Shown here: positions 17,785-24,395 of the stretch, piece by piece | Layout of the letters: each line of letters opens with the position of its first letter | Position numbering within the stretch: position 1 is the first letter of the stretch | DNA from: Bacteroidales bacterium | GTDB lineage: Bacteria > Bacteroidota > Bacteroidia > Bacteroidales > GCA-2748055 | Length of the DNA stretch: 26,514 nt | Direction: 5' to 3' | Assembly: GCA_021740585.1 (NCBI GenBank) | Contig: JAIOZM010000057.1 | Location: 1-26,514, forward strand | Made by a program: the position numbers and the translations under genes | The notes under the pieces: model-generated | The model's input: the letters and a program-made list of their open reading frames with translations, nothing else | Databases searched by the model: none | What the model was told of the DNA's origin: nothing

Positions 17785-19242
17785 TTATTCTTCAGTCTCT
17801 TTTGTATTTTCAGGTTTTGGAATTTCCCGATCTTCACCCTTAGATTCATCTTTATCATTGACTGGATTAACATCTTCGATTTTCCTTCCTTTCAAATAAT
17901 CTGGCAATTCCATACCAGCCATTTTAAACAACTCTTCAAAGGGAGGTATTGAACCCAGCATACCAGAAAGGAAGTTAGCAGATGTTGGAGATTTACCATC
18001 CTTACCACTTGACATATTATCCCAAACTGTAATTTTATCGATCTTAAGATTTTTGATAGCCTCAACCTGTGTTTTAACAAGTTCGGGGAGTTTATCAGCA
18101 ATCATAAGCATCACGGCACTGCTGGCATCATTACCACCTGCTGCAACAAGTTTTTTGAAACCTTCGGCTTGTTTGCTAAGAATTTCAAAAATACCTTTTG
18201 CTTCGGCTTCCATTTTCATGTAAATGGCATCAGCATCACCTTTTGCATGCCTTCGTGTTTGCTCCGCGATGGCTTCTGCTGCAATTTGCACTTTTTCTTT
18301 ATCTATTTCTGCAGGAACAACAATATCTGCTGTTTGAGACTCTTTATCTCTTTGAGCTCTGGCTTTTTCTGCATCTCGTTCGGCTGCATAAGCTTCTTGA
18401 AGCGCTTTGGCCTGGGTTACTTTCTCTGCTGCAACGGCTCTTCGTTCTGCTTCAGCTTCTTTCTCACGTCTGGATGCATCTGAATTTGCAATGGTAATTT
18501 TTGCCATATTCTCTCCTTCCACGGCAGTAGCATCTGCACTTGCAACTTGAACTCTTTGATCCTGAAGAGCATTTGCCTCACCAATTGATCCATCTCTATT
18601 TTTCTCTGCAACACTCTTTTTTGCATCGTTTATTGCCTTTGCAGCAGCTTCTTTTCCTAATGCTTCAATATAGCCCGACTCATCGTTTATATCTGTTACG
18701 TTTACGTTAATTAGCTTCAGTCCGATTTTCTTTAGTTCAGCTTCGACATTTGAAGATACCGCTTCAAGAAATTTATCACGATTACTGTTAATCTCTTCAA
18801 TATCCATAGTTGCAACTACCAATCTTAGTTGTCCAAAAATGATATCTTTTGCAAGATTGCTTATATCATCTTGAGATAATCCCAAAAGTCGCTCTGCAGC
18901 ATTCGTCATTACCCCTGGTTCAGTAGAAATACCAACCGTAAATCTGGAGGGAACATCAACACGAATATTCTGTTTACTTAAGGCACTTGTAAGGTTAATC
19001 TCAATTGAAATTGGGGTTAAATCCAGAAATGAATAATCCTGAATAACAGGCCAAATAAAAGCAGCTCCTCCATGAATACATTTTGCCGATCTCGATTCAG
19101 AATTGATACCAGCACCTACTTTACCATAAACCACTAGTATCCTGTCTGAAGGACAACGCCTATATCTTCTAAAAAAAGATACAATTACTATAAATACAAA
19201 TAATATTGCCGCCGCAATAACTAACACTAAATACTGTTCCAT
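17785..19242 (-). CDS. Flotillin-like SPFH/band-7 protein (YqiK/FloT-type) with long Ala/Glu-rich coiled coil and acidic C-terminal tail
   Basis: 485 aa. It has an N-terminal TM anchor (LVLVIAAAILFVFIVIVSFF), an SPFH domain, then an extended EA-rich repeat region (EAEAERRAVAAEKVTQAKALQEAYAAERDAEKARAQRD). It lies immediately downstream of the NfeD-like gene. Confidence 0.9.
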   Translation of the reverse strand: MEQYLVLVIAAAILFVFIVIVSFFRRYRRCPSDRILVVYGKVGAGINSESRSAKCIHGGAAFIWPVIQDYSFLDLTPISIEINLTSALSKQNIRVDVPSRFTVGISTEPGVMTNAAERLLGLSQDDISNLAKDIIFGQLRLVVATMDIEEINSNRDKFLEAVSSNVEAELKKIGLKLINVNVTDINDESGYIEALGKEAAAKAINDAKKSVAEKNRDGSIGEANALQDQRVQVASADATAVEGENMAKITIANSDASRREKEAEAERRAVAAEKVTQAKALQEAYAAERDAEKARAQRDKESQTADIVVPAEIDKEKVQIAAEAIAEQTRRHAKGDADAIYMKMEAEAKGIFEILSKQAEGFKKLVAAGGNDASSAVMLMIADKLPELVKTQVEAIKNLKIDKITVWDNMSSGKDGKSPTSANFLSGMLGSIPPFEELFKMAGMELPDYLKGRKIEDVNPVNDKDESKGEDREIPKPENTKETEE

Positions 19243-19262
19243 AATTATAAACGTATTAAAAA

Positions 19263-19856
19263 TTATTTTCCACTAAGTTTTACTAATAATATGTCGTTGC
19301 CAAGAATTTCAACTATTTCTACAATAGCTCCGGTTTTTATTTCCTCATCATTATCAGTCATTGCTTCAAGTGTTTGTAATCCCTGCACACTTACCTGAAC
19401 TTTTCCAACTCCTGAGCGATTGGCTGGAATACGAAGATAAACACTTGCTACTTTTCCAATGGCATTTTTAACCTTAAGCGTCCCATCATCCACAAGTTTC
19501 CCCATAAAATAAGCAAGTGAAGCCATTATAATCATCATAGCAATTCCAGCAAGGGTGGAAATCAAAATTGAAAGCCCGTTATTTAATCCCCCTGCAAGAC
19601 AAGCTATACCTGTCCATCCAAAAATTGTAAAAAAAGCAATTAAGTTTTTGATACTAAGAAACTGAAAATGAATGCCACTATCCTCTTCTATTGAAGTATC
19701 AACATCACCTTCGGCCTCCATTGTATCTATATCACCAACAAAAAAAGTGATGATAATCTGAATAATAAACATTAGAGAAAAAGGGAGAGCAATACACCAA
19801 TACAGCTTCTCAATAAATTGCAGACCTTGCCATGAATCCGAAATAGATAGTATCAT
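19263..19856 (-). CDS. NfeD/YqiJ-family membrane protein (partner of flotillin), C-terminal OB-fold
   Basis: 197 aa. It has an N-terminal helix, a charged acidic loop, 2-3 further TM helices, and a C-terminal beta-rich segment (GKVQVSVQG...GAIVEIVEILGNDILLVKLSG) typical of the NfeD short form. It sits 20 nt upstream of the flotillin gene in the classic yqiJ-yqiK arrangement. Confidence 0.8.
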   Translation of the reverse strand: MILSISDSWQGLQFIEKLYWCIALPFSLMFIIQIIITFFVGDIDTMEAEGDVDTSIEEDSGIHFQFLSIKNLIAFFTIFGWTGIACLAGGLNNGLSILISTLAGIAMMIIMASLAYFMGKLVDDGTLKVKNAIGKVASVYLRIPANRSGVGKVQVSVQGLQTLEAMTDNDEEIKTGAIVEIVEILGNDILLVKLSGK

Positions 19857-20514
19857 AAGCTATAAATTTAAAATGGACCTAAATAATAAATAAACTTCGG
19901 ATTGAAGATAACAAAAAAACTCCTGCCAAATCAATTATTTAATTAAATAATTTACAAATACTTTTAAGCGTATTTCTTAAACAGATGCCAGCATACATAA
20001 CGCAACCTAAATAGGAGATTTTGATATATAAATCCAATAGCCTGAAAATGGAAGAATATATGTGCATCTAAAACCAGAAGTATTAAGTTCTGATCAAATG
20101 ATCATATGAACTCAAAAACAAATCTCAAAAAAGCTTCATAAGTATTACATTTTCACCTAATCTATTTAATCCAAAGTCATAATAATGAAGCATTACTAAT
20201 CAAAACCTAATATTATGGAGAACTAAACTTTCAAATTTATTCCTTTTATTCAGGATTCTATTAATTCTTTAATCAAACCTATAGAATACTTTGCTCAATA
20301 AAAACCATACATTGGTATTGGAAATCCACTTATAAAAGCAATACTCTATGGCGAAGTAGCAGGAATTGTAAGCATTATTTGGAGAATACTGAATATTGGC
20401 CAGGTAAAAGGAAGCCTGTTCGGCAGTGCCATTGGTATTATGGGCTTTGTTTGGGCTTTAATTGGTGCAGTAACTTCATTCATTGTTTCTGCTATCTGGC
20501 ATAACAGTTAAGAA

Positions 20515-20552
20515 AAAAGCTACTTTGTATTTTTAGAGTAGCTTTTGTTTTT
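20515..20552. terminator. Bidirectional rho-independent terminator
   Basis: A perfect 10-bp stem pairs aaaagctact (20515-20524) with agtagctttt (20537-20546) around a 12-nt loop. It is flanked by a T-run on the plus strand (gttttt) and on the minus-strand reading (ttttttct). It begins 4 nt beyond the stop of the minus-strand ferredoxin gene. Confidence 0.65.
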
Positions 20553-21594
20553 AAGGAGCCTTGTACCTTCTCCAAAATGCATATCTGGTTAGGGAGGAGT
20601 AACTTATCAGGAAATTAAAAACCCTGAACCTCAACAAAAAATGCATAATTCTGTAGCCGGAAAATACAATCAACAGCCCTGTGGCTAGTATAATCAGATT
20701 GAAAATCAAATTGTAATTTTGTGATATCCATGCAGAGTTTAACACTTCATATTTAAGGAGTAACTTAATACCTGCATAGGGGATTATAGAAAAAATCAGC
20801 CACCATATCAGAAAAGTAAAGGCATGGGCAGTTTGTATAGCGTTTTTCGGACAATTGTTCATGCATTTCATGCAGCTCTCACATGAAAATGTCCAGTAAT
20901 ATCTGTTGTCAACCAATGTAATGGCCTTCACTGGACAGTTTTTAATGCAAATGCCGCAGTTATTGCACTCACTACTGGCAAAAAAAGTCTTGGCCAGGCC
21001 AAAACGTCCGTAAAAATAATAAGCCAGAGCGACAGGACTTATAGCCAAATCGATGGGCAGGGATAATAATCCCCGGCTTACCCTTTTGCCGGCCATAATT
21101 TTCTCAGAGAATGTATCTATTATTTTTTTACAGCGTGAAAAGATAGATTCCACCACTTTCCTTTTTAGCCCGGGATGAACCGATATCCAGTTTGAAGGTA
21201 AATCAATGGGCCGGTAAGCTCTGATCCTGAACCCCTTAAGTTTTAAAAGTAAGGCAGGGGTTAATAATGCCAATCCACTCAAACCAGGTGTAAATATTTT
21301 ATACAATTTCATACCAGCGCGGGTATTCAAGAGAAACACATCAGATTCTCCCTTTGGAAAATTATTTATAAATTTCAATACAACTGGGGGTGCATTGAAT
21401 CCATGAGTAGGATAACAGAATCCGAGCAAAACATTTGAGCGATATTCAGAAATATTAATTCCTTTAGTATCCGATATATTAACAAGCTTCGACTCCAACC
21501 CCAAATTATTCCCAAATGCAACAATCCACTCAGCAGCTTGTTTTGCATTTCCTGTACCGGAAAAATAATATACAATGATTTTTGTATACTTCAT
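20551..21594 (-). CDS. EFR1-family flavodoxin-like / 2x[4Fe-4S] ferredoxin protein with C-terminal hydrophobic (membrane-anchor) extension
   Basis: 347 aa. The N-terminal flavodoxin motif is IVYYFSGTGNAKQAAEW. Two ferredoxin cysteine clusters are present: CNNCGICIKNCP and CESCMKCMNNCP. The final ~100 aa form 3 hydrophobic helices (FLIWWLIFSIIPYAG..., LIFNLIILATGLLIVFSGY...). Confidence 0.75.
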   Translation of the reverse strand: MKYTKIIVYYFSGTGNAKQAAEWIVAFGNNLGLESKLVNISDTKGINISEYRSNVLLGFCYPTHGFNAPPVVLKFINNFPKGESDVFLLNTRAGMKLYKIFTPGLSGLALLTPALLLKLKGFRIRAYRPIDLPSNWISVHPGLKRKVVESIFSRCKKIIDTFSEKIMAGKRVSRGLLSLPIDLAISPVALAYYFYGRFGLAKTFFASSECNNCGICIKNCPVKAITLVDNRYYWTFSCESCMKCMNNCPKNAIQTAHAFTFLIWWLIFSIIPYAGIKLLLKYEVLNSAWISQNYNLIFNLIILATGLLIVFSGYRIMHFLLRFRVFNFLISYSSLTRYAFWRRYKAP

Positions 21595-21784
21595 AGTCTT
21601 GTGGAAAAATCCAAATATTTAATTCCTAATTAGTTTGAGAAATAGTTTTTTGAAAAACATATAGCAAATATAGAATCTATATCATAACTTTGTATAGAAG
21701 GGAATTAAGTTAAGCATTTATAAAACATTATACGCTTTGTTTTTGTTAAGAAAATATAACGACTCACAATTTAAAACTATTATT

Positions 21785-23167
21785 ATGAAAAAACTAATTC
21801 TGCTTTTAACAATCTCCAGTTTGTTTTTGGTAGCATGTAAAAAAGATAAGGATGAGAATCCTGAACCATTCAGCCAACTCACTGTGGAACAAAATAAGGA
21901 AGTGATTGAAATCGCTGGTATTGAAATGGTGAATACTATGGACGACATGAAAGATCTGGACGCAATTGAAGTATGCGTTAATCTTGCTGAAACTCTCGAT
22001 TCTGCTGACCCTACAGCTTCCAAGCCCGGAAAAAAATCAAAGTTAGCCTATACCGTCGACGCCATCGCCGGAATAGCTTCCGATGATTATGAATTTAATG
22101 CCTTTTTTAACGACATGAAATATGGTGTGGAAATCGAAGATCCTGAAAGCATACAGGATTTGTGGGAAGAAATAGTGGGAACCTATACATGGAACTCAGA
22201 AATGCAGGATTGGGATTATTCTGAAAACAGCTCTGAGGTAGTATTATTGTTCCCTGCTATGGACAACAGCACAAGCAATGATGGCAAATTAAGGATCTAT
22301 GGGTATATGGGTGTATTTATGAATAATCCTCTCGATGATGAATACTCCGGAGACCTTCCTACCGATATTGCTTTTGAAATAAGTGTAAATAATACTGTTC
22401 TTGTCACTTATACCTTTGGCGTCAACTATAATGAAGAAGGAATTCCTTCAGCTTTGGCAAGCGACCTGTCAATTCCTCCATTTAAATGGGAAGTGGATAT
22501 GACTAATAATGATACAGATGTTACACTGAATTATAAATTCACCCATAACAACGAAATTGTTTTAGAAGTAGGTGGCGGAGCAAAGGGTTTATTTACCCAG
22601 GCTAACGTGGATGCAAATACGGTTTTAGTAACAGACACATATTACTATTATGACTGGGTTTATAATCCTATGACCGGATATTACGAAGAGGTTCTGGTTG
22701 AAGGAATCGATGAGTGGGAAGAAGTTGAATTTGAAGAGATTATTAACTCTTCTGAAGCTCACTTTCAAATGTTCAACATCTTAATTAATGGAGAGGTGAA
22801 TATTAAAGCTCTTGTTGATCAGATTAGAATAATTGAAGATGCTGAGACCGAAGACTGGACTGATGCTGATTATACCAAAGAAACTGAGGATATTGTAGTT
22901 GAAATAAATAAAAATATCAACCTCAGGGTTATTAATGCTGATGATAATAGCAAGATTGCTGAAATTGAAGCATATGTTGTTACCGAAACAAATTCATGGG
23001 GTGAAGATAGCTGGATAGATTTCAGGTTTGTTTTCAGTGATGGCTCAACCATTGATGCAGAAACCTATTTTGATGAGGGTTTTGAGAATTTTGTGGATGA
23101 AATTAATGCACTTATCGCAGATATTAATGCGGAATATGATGCTAATATAGATCCTATTGATTACTAG
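21785..23167 (+). CDS. Highly acidic (Asp/Glu-rich) lipoprotein of unknown function
   Basis: The ORF is open from 21737, but the likely start is the ATG at 21785. That start gives MKKLILLLTISSLFLVACKKD, a lipoprotein signal with lipobox LVAC. The mature protein is ~440 aa and extremely rich in D/E with repeated DxD/ExE patches. No recognisable catalytic motif. Confidence 0.6.
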   Translation: MKKLILLLTISSLFLVACKKDKDENPEPFSQLTVEQNKEVIEIAGIEMVNTMDDMKDLDAIEVCVNLAETLDSADPTASKPGKKSKLAYTVDAIAGIASDDYEFNAFFNDMKYGVEIEDPESIQDLWEEIVGTYTWNSEMQDWDYSENSSEVVLLFPAMDNSTSNDGKLRIYGYMGVFMNNPLDDEYSGDLPTDIAFEISVNNTVLVTYTFGVNYNEEGIPSALASDLSIPPFKWEVDMTNNDTDVTLNYKFTHNNEIVLEVGGGAKGLFTQANVDANTVLVTDTYYYYDWVYNPMTGYYEEVLVEGIDEWEEVEFEEIINSSEAHFQMFNILINGEVNIKALVDQIRIIEDAETEDWTDADYTKETEDIVVEINKNINLRVINADDNSKIAEIEAYVVTETNSWGEDSWIDFRFVFSDGSTIDAETYFDEGFENFVDEINALIADINAEYDANIDPIDY

Positions 23168-23222
23168 AACTTTATATAAGTATTGCTCGCGCACCATTGG
23201 CGCTTAGTATTTATTATATCAT

Positions 23223-23250
23223 AAAACCCCGGGCTCTCGCCCGGGGTTTT
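23223..23250. terminator. Bidirectional rho-independent terminator
   Basis: The sequence is aaaa ccccgggc tctc gcccgggg tttt: a perfect 8-bp GC stem with a 4-nt loop, flanked by A4 and T4. It lies ~55 nt downstream of the acidic lipoprotein stop and between convergent genes. Confidence 0.8.
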
Positions 23251-23350
23251 ATAATTACGGCCCTTAACCCAAAGCTTCCCGCTTAGGGTTAATAATTGCG
23301 ACCCTTTGGGCCTATCTAAACCAGAGCACCAAAGCTACGTAATCACAAAC

Positions 23351-23473
23351 CATGAGCATCGCTCGTAAAATCCCTCAAGCGTCAAAGGTGCGAAATCAGA
23401 ATCCCATGAGTACAGCTCGTAAAAAAACAAGCGCCAAAGGTGCGAAATCAGAATCCATGAGCACTGCTCGTGG
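23351..23473. repeat. Tandem direct repeats (~52-nt unit, 2 full copies plus partial third; a degenerate copy may lie at 23321-23350)
   Basis: Unit 1 (23351-23404) is catgagcatcgctcgtaaaatccctcaagcgtcaaaggtgcgaaatcagaatcc. Unit 2 (23405-23455) is catgagtacagctcgtaaaaaaacaagcgccaaaggtgcgaaatcagaatc. The partial unit 3 (23456-23473) is catgagcactgctcgtgg. Each unit begins with a 4-bp mini-hairpin (gagc-NNN-gctc / gagt-aca-gctc) whose 3-nt loop varies. Confidence 0.65.
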
Positions 23474-23481
23474 ATGAATAT

Positions 23482-24366
23482 CTACTCCAAAACAATCTCC
23501 ATAATACTCACCCCATAACCACTCCAAACCCCCAGACCATCTTCTTCAACATTCGATTTAACCGAAGTTAGAGAAGCTGCAAAGGGGTTATTTGTATTTA
23601 CCATTTCCTCCTGATAAGAACTCCAGAAATCAAAACTCGCTTTGTCCATTGTACATAATTTTACCATTACTGTGTCGCCTTTTACAAAAAAATCTGAATC
23701 ATCCTGACTTAGCAGTGTTTCGTTAACGCTTGAAATTGAAATTTCCGCCATACTTCCATTAAAATATTTATCGTCTAAAGCCGTAATAAAAGCAGCTCTG
23801 TATCGGGTATCCTTATTCTTTCTTTGTGTAAAAAGTCGATAATAGTTTTTTTCGGGAGGATCTGTAAAACGAATAAAAACCACAGCTAAACTATCGTTCA
23901 TATCTGAGGAAACAGAAAAAATTGTATCCAACTCCACAACTGGTGTAATAGTAGTATGCGCTACGGCTCTTTTTTGACCATATTCTGCAATAAGAGTATA
24001 GCTTTCTCCAATTTCACCCTTTAAGGCCGATGCTACATAAATCAAAGGAGGGAAATAGTCTTCGTTCTTTTTCAGAGTCAAAATTGTGGTGTCGTGATTA
24101 TGAACCAAACTGACTTTTGCCCTGGAAAGTACCAAATCGCGCATGGAGGCAGAATCTAAGGTAGAGAAATAAGGAGCATTCGCTGTCAATAATACCGAAG
24201 CGTACCTCCCCGATTCTATCCAGCCATCAATAACTATCTTGTCATCCGGTTGAAAGATATCGATATTTAACTCCGGCTCACAAGAGGGTAAAACCAAAAT
24301 AATTGCAGCTATCCGGAAAAAATATTTAAAGGAAATCTTCATGTTAAATTCAAATTTACATTTCAT
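23482..24366 (-). CDS. DUF4249-family lipoprotein (typically paired with a TonB-dependent-receptor-like outer-membrane protein in Bacteroidota)
   Basis: 294 aa. An internal alternative start at 24342 gives MKISFKYFFRIAAIILVLPSC with lipobox Cys. The size and beta-rich composition fit DUF4249. It sits 30 nt downstream of the TBDR-like gene on the same strand. Confidence 0.6.
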   Translation of the reverse strand: MKCKFEFNMKISFKYFFRIAAIILVLPSCEPELNIDIFQPDDKIVIDGWIESGRYASVLLTANAPYFSTLDSASMRDLVLSRAKVSLVHNHDTTILTLKKNEDYFPPLIYVASALKGEIGESYTLIAEYGQKRAVAHTTITPVVELDTIFSVSSDMNDSLAVVFIRFTDPPEKNYYRLFTQRKNKDTRYRAAFITALDDKYFNGSMAEISISSVNETLLSQDDSDFFVKGDTVMVKLCTMDKASFDFWSSYQEEMVNTNNPFAASLTSVKSNVEEDGLGVWSGYGVSIMEIVLE

Positions 24367-24395
24367 TTTATCCTTTATATTACCTCACTTAAAAA

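Noticed and set aside
18169-18626. Overlapping plus-strand ORFs of 99-104 aa and a minus-strand 69-aa ORF within the flotillin gene
   Set aside because: They arise from the GC-skewed Ala/Glu-rich coiled-coil repeat region of the flotillin, where the antisense reads as Cys/Phe/Leu-rich nonsense. They are not independent genes.
20302-20511. Annotating the glycine-zipper mini-ORF as a CDS
   Set aside because: There is no canonical start codon for the 69-codon frame and only 23 aa from the sole ATG. It is kept as an observation rather than a feature.
23351-23473. Possibility that the tandem repeats are a CRISPR array
   Set aside because: The units are directly adjacent with no unique spacers of regular length. 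The units are ~52 nt and mostly conserved along their whole length, and there are no cas genes in the window. This is a simple tandem repeat, not CRISPR.
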